From an uncultured Acidimicrobiia bacterium (lineage in GTDB: Bacteria; Acidobacteriota; Terriglobia; Versatilivoradales; Versatilivoraceae), in contig CAWBAT010000004.1 of NCBI GenBank assembly GCA_963786955.1, positions 128,001 through 192,000 on the forward strand: a DNA stretch of 64,000 nt, in the 5' to 3' direction. Position numbers and translations under genes: made by a program. The notes under the pieces are model-generated. The model saw nothing but the letters and a program-made list of their open reading frames with translations. It made no database searches and was not told the origin of the DNA. Positions 1 to 9,605 of this stretch are shown here, piece by piece; position 1 is the first letter of the stretch, and each line of letters starts with the position of its first letter.

Positions 1-310
1 TGCCTTGTTGGCCAGTCATTTAGAGCAGTGGCCCCTGGCGGGCGATCAACTCTATGTCGACCTGGATCTGAGCGTAGCCAACTTGCCAGCGTGGACGCAA
101 TTAGAGATCGGGACGGCTGTTATCGCTGTAACGGACCAACCGCACACCGGCTGCAAGAAGTTTGCCGCGCGGTTCGGCCTCGACGCACTGGCGTTCATAT
201 CGTCACCCGAAGGTCGATCCTTGAACCTGCGGGGAATCAATGCACGCGTGGTCCGCCCGGGGGTTGTCCGTGTGGGCGATGTCGTGCGCAAGATTGGCAG
301 AGCTGATTAA
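1..310 (+). CDS. MOSC domain-containing protein (5' partial)
   Basis: GDQLYVDLDLS..., PHTGCKKF and LRGINARVV motifs typical of MOSC; the frame is open at the window edge. Confidence 0.85.
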   Translation, partial: ALLASHLEQWPLAGDQLYVDLDLSVANLPAWTQLEIGTAVIAVTDQPHTGCKKFAARFGLDALAFISSPEGRSLNLRGINARVVRPGVVRVGDVVRKIGRAD

Positions 311-333
311 TGGCTGGGGCTAATTACAGCGAC

Positions 334-396
334 GCCGTACCACCCGTTGCAGACGACGCGTAAGAAACAGGGCACGCCTGACCTGGAACGATCGGC
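334..396 (+). mobile_element. degenerate integron attC-like site 1
   Basis: GCCGTAC...GTTGCAGACGACGCG...GCCTGACCTGGAAC-GATCGGC: imperfect palindrome whose ends are each one base from GCCGAAC/GTTCGGC; lies just after a stop codon. Confidence 0.65.
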
Positions 397-478
397 GTAC
401 GACCTAGCGGCGCGAGCCTCATCGAAGCTTGTGCTTACAACTTACACCGGAGTATTCCGCAGCAAACGGATTGCAGCT

Positions 479-1021
479 ATGAGATTCACTCGCAGAGACG
501 CGGTCATCCAGGATTTGCCGCAGATTGTCGAGATCTACAACCTCGCGGTCGTGACTCGCGAAAGCAGTTGTGATCTCGATCCGATAACCGTAGCCGCACG
601 CGAGCACTGGTTCGTGACGCATAGCGGTAGTCGTCGCCCGATATGGGTCGCGGAGGATCGCGATGCCCCCGGCCGCGGAGTTGTTGGGTACTTGGGGTTC
701 TTTTACTTCATGAACGAGCGCCCGGGCTATTACATCACGTCAGATTTGGCGATCTATCTGCATCCTGACTATCAAGGGAAGCGCCTCGGTACGTACCTGC
801 TACGAGAGGCCATCCGGGAAGCGCCGGCGCTCGGTATTGAAGTGCTTGCCGTGACGATATTTGCATCGAACCAGCCCAGTCTTCGCCTTTTCGAGCATCA
901 CGGATTTGAGCGTTGGGGGTTTATGCCCCGTGTCGCGCGGCTTGGAGACATCGAACGCGACCTTGTGATGATGGGGCGAAGATTGGCCCCTCAACCGGTT
1001 GCAGCGGACCATGATGGATGA
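479..1021 (+). CDS. GNAT N-acetyltransferase (phosphinothricin/YncA-like)
   Basis: IVEIYN, IYLHPDYQGKRLG acetyl-CoA motif, NQPSLRLFEHHGF; ATG at 479 preferred over the upstream TTG inside the attC. Confidence 0.85.
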   Translation: MRFTRRDAVIQDLPQIVEIYNLAVVTRESSCDLDPITVAAREHWFVTHSGSRRPIWVAEDRDAPGRGVVGYLGFFYFMNERPGYYITSDLAIYLHPDYQGKRLGTYLLREAIREAPALGIEVLAVTIFASNQPSLRLFEHHGFERWGFMPRVARLGDIERDLVMMGRRLAPQPVAADHDG

Positions 1022-1072
1022 CGTGCCAAGGCACATGCGGCAGTGCACGGCCGTTCGACCGGAGCGTTAGAC
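986..1072 (+). mobile_element. degenerate attC-like site 2
   Basis: CAACCGGTTGCAGCGGAC...GTGCCAAG...ACCGGAGCGTTAGAC; R' box GTTAGAC intact at 1066-1072, R'' box eroded to GCCCCTC. Confidence 0.7.
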
Positions 1073-1097
1073 GGAATCAATACCGAAGGAGCAAATC

Positions 1098-1466
1098 ATG
1101 ATCGAACACACCCTCGACACTGCGCAGTCCATTTTGTACGTGCGACCAAAGTCCGCTCTCGAGCAAGGCGACTTTGTGGAACTCGCGAAATCGGTCGACC
1201 CACACATTCGAGAGACCGGAGATCTCGCGGGTCTAATCATCGAAGCCCCTACATTCCCCGGATGGGAAGGCCTCGGAGCCATGGCGGCCCACTTCCGTTT
1301 CGTGCGAGATCACCAGAAGCACATCAAGAAGATTGCCCTCGTAACCGATTCCGCCCTGGGAAATGTCGCCGAGCATTTGGCGTCACACTTTGTGTCTGCC
1401 GAGATCAGACATTTCTCTGCGGGGGAACTTGAGGCTGCAAAACAATGGGTCATGAAGCGCCCGTGA
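1098..1466 (+). CDS. STAS/SEC14 (SpoIIAA-like) domain protein
   Basis: FPGWE...HFRFVRDHQKHIKKIALVTD...EIRHF...AKQWV family signature; RBS GAAGGAG. Confidence 0.85.
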   Translation: MIEHTLDTAQSILYVRPKSALEQGDFVELAKSVDPHIRETGDLAGLIIEAPTFPGWEGLGAMAAHFRFVRDHQKHIKKIALVTDSALGNVAEHLASHFVSAEIRHFSAGELEAAKQWVMKRP

Positions 1467-1469
1467 CTC

Positions 1470-1490
1470 GTATAACATGGCGCTCCACCC
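1470..1490 (+). mobile_element. truncated attC 5' half
   Basis: GTATAAC-ATGGCGCTCCACCC three bases after the stop codon; no partner 3' arm visible. Confidence 0.45.
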
Positions 1491-1518
1491 ATTAAGCAAT
1501 AACTTAGCTACAGAGAGA

Positions 1519-2133
1519 ATGGCCTCCTTTGACCCGATGGAAGCTTTTTATTGTCTGCATAATTTCCGCTCAACCCTTCGGTTGTGCTACTCTCGATCCA
1601 AAGACGGTGTGCGTCGAAGGGACCTACTCCTAAGTTCGTTGGAAACCCGTTTACTGGGTACAGCCTTTTATCGAAACCAAGAGGTGTTGGCCCATGTTCC
1701 ACCTGGCCGGTACATTCTCATAAGATCGGGAAAGAATGTGGAAGCAATTCGTTTCTTCGACATACAGGCTGCACTAAGTGAAGGGGACATGTGTGGTTGT
1801 GCAAGCTATGATGTTTATGAAGTACAGGCGGCAAGAGCCACGACACAGACGGCGGCGCCAAAACATAGAGGGCAAGTTTCAGAATTTAATCTCAGAGGTT
1901 TTCATCCCTTTGCATACCAGCCTGGGCACACCAAACTTGAAGGTACATTGAGCGGGGCTTAATACGAATATCCAACCCAACTTGTCGTTGGGAAGGAGAG
2001 TGAACTCGCAATAACAGCATGGACTTCGATTGACCACGTCGATCCGACGCACCCGAAGCTGAAGTGGTTTAGTTACCGGGATGGAACTCTGAACCGGCAC
2101 ACCTTTAACTTCTCATTAACTGATTTACCTTGA
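1519..2133 (+). pseudogene. disrupted hypothetical (possibly exported/lipo-) protein
   Basis: The ORF ends at TAA 1960-1962 but the same frame continues 56 codons (YEYPTQ...AWTSIDHVDPTHPKLKWFSY) to TGA 2131-2133; a hydrophobic+Cys N-terminal stretch (WKLFIVCIISAQPFGC) is in another frame. Confidence 0.5.
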
Positions 2134-2239
2134 GTCCCTTGTTTTACGCGAAAGGAATCGCGATGGTACCGTTTGAGCGGCGGTGGACGCCATGAATTTT
2201 TACCCTAGGCTGTCAGGAACGAAATAGGAGACAGCGACA

Positions 2240-2644
2240 ATGCCTTCCAATTTGGATGATTTTGCGAAACGTTATGCCAAAGCCTGGTGCAGCCAGAGTC
2301 CGGAAAGCGTCACTTCGTTCTTCGCGGAAAACGGTTCGCTCAGCGTTAACGATGCGGCTCCTGCCGTGGGAAGAGCAGCCATCACCGAGGTGGCAAAGGG
2401 TTTCATGACGGCTTTTCCGGATCTGGTCGTGACAATGGATCACTTGATCGAGAAACCACAAGCAGTCGAGTTTCATTGGACGCTAACAGGGACAAACTCC
2501 GGGCCGGGTGGAACCGGCAAACGGGTCCGAATCAGCGGATTCGAGGAATGGCAGATCGACGCGGGCGGTCTCGTCGCCAAGTCTAGGGGCTATTTCGACG
2601 CCGATGAATACGAGAGCCAGCGTGAGCACGGAGTGGTCTGCTAG
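2240..2644 (+). CDS. SnoaL-like/NTF2 ester cyclase family protein
   Basis: FMTAFPDLVVTMD, FHWTLTGTNSGPGGTGKRVRISGFEEW; RBS AGGAG. Confidence 0.85.
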   Translation: MPSNLDDFAKRYAKAWCSQSPESVTSFFAENGSLSVNDAAPAVGRAAITEVAKGFMTAFPDLVVTMDHLIEKPQAVEFHWTLTGTNSGPGGTGKRVRISGFEEWQIDAGGLVAKSRGYFDADEYESQREHGVVC

Positions 2645-2775
2645 CCAAGGGTTGCCAGTTCCCCAATCTACCTTGAGGCCTTCCGGGTTGAAACAGCTTT
2701 TCGAATCCGTTGTTCCTCGGAAGGCGCCGTGCCGTTGAATCTCCGATTGATTATTGAAACCAGAAAGGAGCAAAC

Positions 2776-3276
2776 ATGAACAGGTTCTTTAGGTATAAGA
2801 GTCTGCAGAGTCTGAGGTCTATTCTCACCGCGGGTGGCGCGATCGTGTTACTTTTCTCAGCTTCTTACGTACTGGCAGCCGACCCCGACGCGATGGCGAA
2901 GGCGTTGACGCGCCTTGATGACGACTGGTCGAAGGCTGCGGTGGCGAAGGACGTGGACCGCGTGGCGTCGTTCTACGCTGAGAATGCGATTGCATATCCA
3001 CCGAATGAGCCCATGGCTATCGGGCGAACCGCTGCGAAGAAGGTTTGGGCATCGTATTTCGCCGACCCGACCTTCTCAATCTCCTGGAAGACAGTCCACG
3101 CGGGAGTGTCGACGAGCGGCGATCTCGGCTTCACAGCCGGCACCTACGAAGACTCGTTCAAGGGACCCGACGGTAAGCTTGTCAAAGAGAAGGGAAAGTA
3201 CTTGTGCACCTGGAGGAAGGAGAAGGACGGGACCTGGAAGGCTATCCACGACATCTGGAACCTGGATTCCAAGTAG
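2776..3276 (+). CDS. exported NTF2-like DUF4440/YybH protein
   Basis: Signal peptide, SGDLGFTAGTYE and GKYLCTWRKEKDGTWK motifs; RBS AAGGAG. Confidence 0.85.
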   Translation: MNRFFRYKSLQSLRSILTAGGAIVLLFSASYVLAADPDAMAKALTRLDDDWSKAAVAKDVDRVASFYAENAIAYPPNEPMAIGRTAAKKVWASYFADPTFSISWKTVHAGVSTSGDLGFTAGTYEDSFKGPDGKLVKEKGKYLCTWRKEKDGTWKAIHDIWNLDSK

Positions 3277-3338
3277 CAGCGTCACTATCCCGCATCGGTC
3301 GGCCCGCATTGCGCCCGGCAAGGCAAAGGTGTGCGTCG

Positions 3339-3398
3339 GCATAACCTTCGCCAGCAACTGACGGCCTTCAGCCGCGGTTCAAGCGCAATCCTTCAGGC
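3339..3398 (+). mobile_element. degenerate attC-like site
   Basis: GCATAAC-CTTCGCCAGCAACTGACGGCCTTCAGCCGCGGTTCAAGCGCAATCC-TTCAGGC; R'' box intact, central GGCCTTCAGCC hairpin, R' box mutated. Confidence 0.6.
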
Positions 3399-3443
3399 GC
3401 CGTGGAATCGAGTCAGGCTGGCAATGACCATTGGAGATAAGAG

Positions 3444-4214
3444 ATGACAAGCATGAGCGGCAAAGTTGCTCTGGTTACTGGAGCAAGCAGTGGAATCGGG
3501 CGAGCAACGGCCGTAGCCTTCGCAGCGATGGGAGCCAAGGTTTCACTCGCTGCGCGGCGGGTGGACGAGTTGGTTGAACTCGTTTGCGAGATCGAGGCGC
3601 GGGGAGGCACGCCAACCTTCGTAAAGACGGATGTTTCCGTTGCAAAGGACGTGGAACAGATGGTCAAACACACGATTGAAACCTTTGGGCGCCTCGACTA
3701 CGCTGTGAACAACGCTGGCATCGAGGGGCAGTTCTCTGGAATCACGGATTTGCCCGAGGAAGAGTGGGACCGAGTTCTCGACATCAACCTGAAAGGAACC
3801 TTTCTCTGCATGAAGTACGAGGCTAGAGCGATGCTTGCGGGCGGCCATGGCGGCGCGATCGTCAACATTGGCTCCGTAAACTCTTTCCTCGGCTTCCCTA
3901 CCGGCTCAGCGTATGTCGCCTCAAAGCATGGGCTGATCGGGCTGACGACGAGTGTCTCCGCGGAGCTGGCGCCGCAGGGAATCAGGGTCAATCTTGTGTG
4001 TCCGGGAGTCATCGATACGCCGATGCATCGCCGGCTGCGCGGGTTAATCGGTGACGAGATCTACGACGAAGTCCTGAAACAACGCGTTCATACGCGACGA
4101 GCGGGTCGCCCGGAGGAGATCGCCCAGTCCATTGTATTCCTGTGCTCGGACGAGGCCAGCTACATCACCGGCACAACACTGACGCCGGATGGCGGCTTCA
4201 CTTTGACGATATGA
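3444..4214 (+). CDS. SDR family NAD(P)-dependent oxidoreductase
   Basis: TGASSGIG, NNAG and YVASK catalytic motif. Confidence 0.95.
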   Translation: MTSMSGKVALVTGASSGIGRATAVAFAAMGAKVSLAARRVDELVELVCEIEARGGTPTFVKTDVSVAKDVEQMVKHTIETFGRLDYAVNNAGIEGQFSGITDLPEEEWDRVLDINLKGTFLCMKYEARAMLAGGHGGAIVNIGSVNSFLGFPTGSAYVASKHGLIGLTTSVSAELAPQGIRVNLVCPGVIDTPMHRRLRGLIGDEIYDEVLKQRVHTRRAGRPEEIAQSIVFLCSDEASYITGTTLTPDGGFTLTI

Positions 4215-4231
4215 CTTCACGCACTGTCGCC

Positions 4232-4263
4232 GCATAACCTGCCGCTAAGCGCGAGCGTTAGCC
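4232..4263 (+). mobile_element. collapsed attC-like site (both core boxes, internal deletion)
   Basis: GCATAAC-CTGCCGCTAAGCGCGAGC-GTTAGCC, only 32 bp long. Confidence 0.6.
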
Positions 4264-4374
4264 CGTTCTTGGAAGGACCGCCCATGTTACACTTGAGGAC
4301 GTCACTCGCAGAGCGCCCCTCAGTTTTGGAACGGAAACTGACGCGTCAAGCGTTGACTCACAAAGGAGAGACCG

Positions 4375-4899
4375 ATGCCGATCACGGCTTTCAACAGTTT
4401 TACCGATGGCCTCGATCCGAATCGCCGAAGCCGCGAGCACTTCGTGACCACCATCGATATAGCAGACGATCGTCGCTGGGTGCCCTATGCCGATGGTGTC
4501 TGGTTACAGCCCTGCCATTTTAACGTCACGTCGGGGGGATTCAGTGTTATTTTAAAAGGTCTCCCCGGCAGCATGCTGGGCACGCACTACCACGTTGGCA
4601 CGGTGCGTGGTTATACGATGTGTGGGCACTGGCGCTACCTCGAGCACGACTGGGTCGCAAAGCCTGGGACCTTCATCTATGAACCCGCCGGAGAAGCTCA
4701 TACGCTGGTTATCATGGAGGATTCACCAGAACCGGCGTTGATCCTGTTTGTCGTTGAGGGTGGCCTCATATATTTAGACCAACCCGTCAACGGTGGCGTT
4801 GCTGCCTACGAGGATGGATTCACCCTTCTCGAACTGACTCGGAAGTACTATCGCGAAGCAGGTCTCGATGCGCGCCAGCTGGACCAGCTCATTCGTTAG
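4375..4899 (+). CDS. cupin, 2,4'-dihydroxyacetophenone dioxygenase family
   Basis: HYHVG...WRYLEHDW...YEPAGEAHTL metal-binding cupin motifs. Confidence 0.85.
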   Translation: MPITAFNSFTDGLDPNRRSREHFVTTIDIADDRRWVPYADGVWLQPCHFNVTSGGFSVILKGLPGSMLGTHYHVGTVRGYTMCGHWRYLEHDWVAKPGTFIYEPAGEAHTLVIMEDSPEPALILFVVEGGLIYLDQPVNGGVAAYEDGFTLLELTRKYYREAGLDARQLDQLIR

Positions 4900-4924
4900 T
4901 TGAAGCGCCCGGCCTGAGAGAGGC

Positions 4925-4999
4925 GTCCAGAAAGCTGCCTCCAGCGAATACTCCTTCGTCGCTTCCGCTTCCCGCAGCCGCTGACGCCCAGTGTTAACT
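4925..4999 (+). mobile_element. degenerate attC-like site
   Basis: GCCTCCAGCG...GCAGCCGCTGACGCCCAGT-GTTAACT 3' arm, 11 bp before the next ATG; R'' box eroded. Confidence 0.55.
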
Positions 5000-5010
5000 G
5001 GCCACTGACA

Positions 5011-6555
5011 ATGAGAGTTAGCCGACGGGAATTCCTTAAAGTGACCAGCTCAACCGCTGTCGCACGGGCGTTCGTGAACCGCATCAACCATTCATCCATG
5101 TCTATGGAGGCAGCACCGATGTCGGACCCTGCCAAGTCCAGTGATCTCTGCTTCATGAGCGCGCGCGAGCTAGCGACGCACATCCACAGCCGTAAACTCT
5201 CTGCACGTGAGGTGATGGCGGCACACCTGGGGCAGATCCAGCGGCTGAATCCCAAGCTTAACGCCATCGTGGCCAAGCTGGATGACGACCAGTGCTTGGC
5301 CCTAGCGGATGAAGCCGACCGCCGCATCGAGAGGAGAGAGAAAGTCGGGCCTTTGCATGGCCTTCCCATTGCCTTTAAGGATTTGGAGGCGGCGGTTGGC
5401 TTCCCATGGACCCGGGGATCTCGGATCTATGAGAACGACATGCCGACGGAGGACACCGTTCTCGTTGAGCGACTGCGGAAGGCGGGTGCGGTGCCAATCG
5501 GCAAGACGAACGTGTCTGAGTTCGGGATGGGTTCCCACACCTACAACAAGGTGTACGGGACAACCCTGAATCCCTACGACCTCGCGAAGAGCGCGGGCGG
5601 TTCAAGTGGCGGCGCCGGCGCGGCACTGGCTGCCGGGATGATACCCCTGGCTGATGGCAGCGACTTCGGCGGTTCCTTGCGCAATCCTGCCAATTTCAAC
5701 AACATCGTTGCTCTGCGCCCCACTGTTGGCCTCGTGCCCACGGCCCCAACCACAATCCCGCTTCTCGGATTCTTGGTGAAGGGGCCCATGGGTCGCTCGG
5801 TCGCCGACACTGCCTTCATGCTGAGCGTGATGGCCGGGTCCGACTCCCGTGATCCCGGCTGCTATCCCTCCGACCCCACAATGTTCGCCAAGCCTCTGGA
5901 TCGCGACCTCAAGGGCGTGCGGGTCGCCTGGTGCCCGGACCTCGGAGGACTTCCACTTGACCGACGAGTGCGAGTCGTTCTGGAAGCACAACGCGCGACC
6001 TTTGAGCATCTCGGCTGCATCGTCGAGGAAGCTTTCCCAGATCTAAGTGGGGCGAACGAGGTCTTCCTCACGATCCGCGCGTGGCGATCCTGGAATTTAC
6101 TTGGACCTTTGCTCGAAAAGCATCGGGCTGAGATGAAGCCGGAGGCTGTCTCAGAAATTGAGTCGGGGGCTCAGCTGAGCGGGTCCGACGTCGCCAAAGC
6201 AATGATCCAGCACGGTGCAATCATGGAACGGATGCGACGGTTTCAGGAGAGATACGAGTTCACGATCTGCGCGGTGAATCAGGTCCCGCCGTTCGACGCC
6301 ACAATCGACTGGCCAAAGGAAATCGAGGCAGTGAAGATGGAGAACTACGTGGCTTGGATGAAGTCGGCCTACTGGATGACCGTGACTTTCCGTCCAGCCA
6401 TCTCGGTGCCGGCCGGGTTCACTTTCGAGGGGTTGCCCGTCGGCATCCAGATCATGGGCCGTTACCGCGACGATCTCGGCGTTCTTCAGATTGCCCACGC
6501 TTTCGAACAGGCGACTGGCTTCGGTCGCAAGCGGCCGGCGGTCGCGTCGAATTAA
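5011..6555 (+). CDS. amidase signature family protein, probable Tat substrate
   Basis: GPLHGLPIAFKD, GGSSGG, DGSDFGGSLRNPA; N-terminal SRREFLK. Confidence 0.95.
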   Translation: MRVSRREFLKVTSSTAVARAFVNRINHSSMSMEAAPMSDPAKSSDLCFMSARELATHIHSRKLSAREVMAAHLGQIQRLNPKLNAIVAKLDDDQCLALADEADRRIERREKVGPLHGLPIAFKDLEAAVGFPWTRGSRIYENDMPTEDTVLVERLRKAGAVPIGKTNVSEFGMGSHTYNKVYGTTLNPYDLAKSAGGSSGGAGAALAAGMIPLADGSDFGGSLRNPANFNNIVALRPTVGLVPTAPTTIPLLGFLVKGPMGRSVADTAFMLSVMAGSDSRDPGCYPSDPTMFAKPLDRDLKGVRVAWCPDLGGLPLDRRVRVVLEAQRATFEHLGCIVEEAFPDLSGANEVFLTIRAWRSWNLLGPLLEKHRAEMKPEAVSEIESGAQLSGSDVAKAMIQHGAIMERMRRFQERYEFTICAVNQVPPFDATIDWPKEIEAVKMENYVAWMKSAYWMTVTFRPAISVPAGFTFEGLPVGIQIMGRYRDDLGVLQIAHAFEQATGFGRKRPAVASN

Positions 6556-6651
6556 GGGATGAACTCGATTGCATTACGCGGGCGGCTGGGCCATTGACCG
6601 CAGTCTTGCGCAAAATAGGCTCACCCCTTTTGCAACCCACTTGATGGTTCC

Positions 6652-7989
6652 ATGCTGAAATCAGCGTGGTCGACATCAATTTTGAAGATGCCGATTCCAA
6701 ACTCATCCCCTACCCGGCTGCGGCGCAGCCTTCGCCCCTCCGGCTTAATCGCGGTCACGTTCTTCTGTGTCGCCGGAGGCGCCTTTGGTTTAGAAGATGC
6801 GGTCGGCGCCGCCGGGCCGCAGGTCGTGTTGCTGGGAATTCTCCTCTTACCCTGGCTCTGGAGTTTTCCCACCGCGCTCATGACTGCAGAACTATCCACG
6901 GCGATGCCGGAAGACGGTGGCTACGTCATCTGGGTAGAGAAGGCGTTCGGCCGGTTCTGGGGTTTTCAAGAGGGCTGGCTCAGTTGGATGTGCAGTTTTG
7001 CCGACAACGCGCTCTATCCGGTGATGTTCCTCGATTATCTCGCTTATCTGCGCGGCGACATGGGCCCCATGGAACGCTGGCTCATCGGCACAACCGTCAT
7101 TCTCGCGATCACCTGGTTGAATATTCGCGGTATTCAACTCGTTGGCTTCATGTCGATTCTCTTTACTCTTTTTGTGCTCGCGCCATTTGTCACAATGGTC
7201 TTCCTCGGCGCCTCAAGGGTAGAGACAAGTCATTGGTTTGCTTCGACTGGGAACGTGAATTGGCCTTTGCTCCTAAGCGTCCTCCTATGGAACACCTGCG
7301 GGTGGGACAATGCCGGCTGCTGCGCCGGCGAGGTCGAGAAACCTGCAAAAACCTATCCGCGCGCCATGACAATTGCCGTCCTGCTGGTCACCCTGTCCTA
7401 TCTGTTGCCGATGGCTGTCGGCGTCAGCGTTGTGACGAACTGGTCTCGGTGGAAAGAAGGCCTGTTCCCCAAGATCGCCGCACAAATTGGCGGCAGTTGG
7501 CTCGGTATCTGGTTAACAGCAGCGGCATTGGTGAGCGCGGTTGGCATGCTCAACGCGCTCCTGTGTACTTCCTCGCGCGTGCCCTTCGCCATGGCCGAGC
7601 GCAAGATGCTGCCGCGCGGGCTCGCCGCGCTCCATACCAGGCACGCCACCCCATGGCGCACCATCGTGGTAAACAGCCTTGGTGTCGCTGTTTTGATCGC
7701 GTTTTCCTTCCAGGAATTGATCGAGGTCGACATGTTCCTTTATGCTGCAGCCTTGGTCTTGGAATTCGCTGCACTGGTCTGGTTGCGGATCAAGAAACCC
7801 GAGATGGCGCGCCCCTATCGCGTGCCATTTGGCATCGCCGGTGTGATCGCGATCAGTGTTCCACCGATTGCGCTCTGTTTTTTCAGTATCGCGCTCGCCA
7901 ACAAGGCGACGAGGTATGTCGGACTGATCGCAATAGCAATTGGACTGGTAGTTTATCGATATGGTATGGGGTCGGACCAAGCGAAGTAG
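6652..7989 (+). CDS. APC family amino acid/polyamine permease
   Basis: About 12 hydrophobic segments, AELSTAMPEDGGY, AGEVEKP, RPYRVP; start uncertain. Confidence 0.9.
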   Translation: MLKSAWSTSILKMPIPNSSPTRLRRSLRPSGLIAVTFFCVAGGAFGLEDAVGAAGPQVVLLGILLLPWLWSFPTALMTAELSTAMPEDGGYVIWVEKAFGRFWGFQEGWLSWMCSFADNALYPVMFLDYLAYLRGDMGPMERWLIGTTVILAITWLNIRGIQLVGFMSILFTLFVLAPFVTMVFLGASRVETSHWFASTGNVNWPLLLSVLLWNTCGWDNAGCCAGEVEKPAKTYPRAMTIAVLLVTLSYLLPMAVGVSVVTNWSRWKEGLFPKIAAQIGGSWLGIWLTAAALVSAVGMLNALLCTSSRVPFAMAERKMLPRGLAALHTRHATPWRTIVVNSLGVAVLIAFSFQELIEVDMFLYAAALVLEFAALVWLRIKKPEMARPYRVPFGIAGVIAISVPPIALCFFSIALANKATRYVGLIAIAIGLVVYRYGMGSDQAK

Positions 7990-8385
7990 CTGATTCGCTT
8001 GAACATCTCTGCAAAAAAGGGCAGTATTATGGCCTTAATGTGCATTTTTTCGGCCCGAAAACATACCTTCAAGACAAAGAATCTGCTTTTGGCCAGAGCT
8101 TCCAAACAGCAAACGCTCATACCCACGTTTTAAACCGAGATGGTCGTGGCGTTCAAGACCTCGCAGACTCGCTTTGAAGGATTTTGTACCCTGCATGCAG
8201 AAAGTCAGGCTGTCAGGCTGCAAGCGTGTAGTCAAATTTCGGCCGCCTAAATTTCTAAAGCCAATCTAAAGATTTGTAAATTAGAATAACCACGAATAAG
8301 GGCTAGCTGAAACATTGGTGGATTGGGCTGCAGTAAATTGCCTAAGGCTTTTTGCGAATTCAGCGGCAATAGGGAGATGCCTTGA

Positions 8386-8949
8386 ATGGTGATTCATACT
8401 GCTTGCTTAAAGTTGATACCAGCCACGGTCGCTCTGGCCCGCGCGGAGATCCGTGACCGTGACGAGTTCGCCCGGTTGTTGGGGGCATTAGTCCCTAACA
8501 ACTGGCCCCCGGAAACCCTTGTAGACGCGCTGCCCGTATTCCTGGGCTGGCTGGAGGCAGCACCTGATTCGGTCGGTTGGTTCGGCTGGTACGCCCTGGC
8601 CACCGGCGATGGCACAACCGCGCCGCTTCTCGTAGCCAGTGGCGGGTTCAAAGGTCCCCCGCAAAAAGGAGCAGTCGAACTCGGTTACTCCGTCCTCCCT
8701 CAGTTCCAGGGCCGAGGGTATGCGACAGAATTGGTTTGCGGTCTGATTCAGTGGGTGCTGGAGCAGCCAGGCGTGGTCCGTATCGTAGCCGAGACCGAGT
8801 GGGCTAACCCCGCCTCGGTACGGGTTCTAATCAAGGCGGGATTTGCCCGAATCGGGCCGGCTTTGGAGCCCGGCGGTGGGCGGTTTGAATTTCCAGGTAG
8901 CGCGTCAGCCGCTGATCCCTGCACTCCAATTGCCCTGACCAGCTTGTAA
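8386..8949 (+). CDS. GNAT acetyltransferase, RimJ/RimL family
   Basis: GFKGPP...VELGYSVLPQFQGRGYATE, NPASVRVLIKAGF. Confidence 0.9.
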   Translation: MVIHTACLKLIPATVALARAEIRDRDEFARLLGALVPNNWPPETLVDALPVFLGWLEAAPDSVGWFGWYALATGDGTTAPLLVASGGFKGPPQKGAVELGYSVLPQFQGRGYATELVCGLIQWVLEQPGVVRIVAETEWANPASVRVLIKAGFARIGPALEPGGGRFEFPGSASAADPCTPIALTSL

Positions 8950-9062
8950 GAGACTTTTGGTAATCTTATGTACCGATCAAGCCGGGGAGTTGAGCTGGTC
9001 GATAAGCAGATCCCGGCTAGTTCTGCTCGACACGGAAAACTTCACTTGAGGTCTTGAGATCC

Positions 9063-9524
9063 ATGCATACAATCGCAGATAAAAAGATTCTAAACTCTCT
9101 CGTGGAGCGCCTGCGGCAGCTTAGGTCCGACACCCCGCGCCGCTGGGGTACGCTCACGGCGGGGGAAATGCTCTGTCACCTCGGGGATGCCCACGAATCG
9201 GTGCTAGGCACACGCATTCCTCCTGGGCCAATTCCTTCCGGCGCTCCACGCCCGCTCCTCAAATGGTTTGCCTTGTATACGGCTGTTCCTTGGCCGAAGG
9301 GCGTAAAGACTCGACCGGGGGTGGACCCAATGATCGACGGAACTCATCCTGTGGACTTTGAGCAGGATCGGGAACGGGCCATCCGCACTTTGAAGGCTCT
9401 TGCCATTGCGGAACCCACTACTTTTCCTGCAAGCCATTTCATGTTTGGCCCGATGTCCGCCCGAGATTGGCACCGCTGGGCTTATCGGCACGTCACTCAT
9501 CACTTGCGACAGTTTGGGCTCTAG
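9063..9524 (+). CDS. DinB/DUF1569 family protein
   Basis: WGTLTAGEMLCHL, HFMFGPMS..DW, HVTHHLRQFG. Confidence 0.85.
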   Translation: MHTIADKKILNSLVERLRQLRSDTPRRWGTLTAGEMLCHLGDAHESVLGTRIPPGPIPSGAPRPLLKWFALYTAVPWPKGVKTRPGVDPMIDGTHPVDFEQDRERAIRTLKALAIAEPTTFPASHFMFGPMSARDWHRWAYRHVTHHLRQFGL

Positions 9525-9605
9525 CCCCGGTGGCCGCAAGAAGTTAAACCCTGATCCAGTATGCCCCTTCACCAGAAAGCCACCATAAAAGATTAGGTTT
9601 GCCCT

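Noticed and set aside
6666-8177. 503-aa ORF overlapping the APC permease in another + frame
   Set aside because: Arg/Gly-rich shadow ORF of a GC-rich gene, with no recognisable motifs.
8030-8235. Possible IS remnant (GCAGAAAGTCAG end-like motif near 8197-8208)
   Set aside because: No partner inverted repeat and no recognisable transposase translation.
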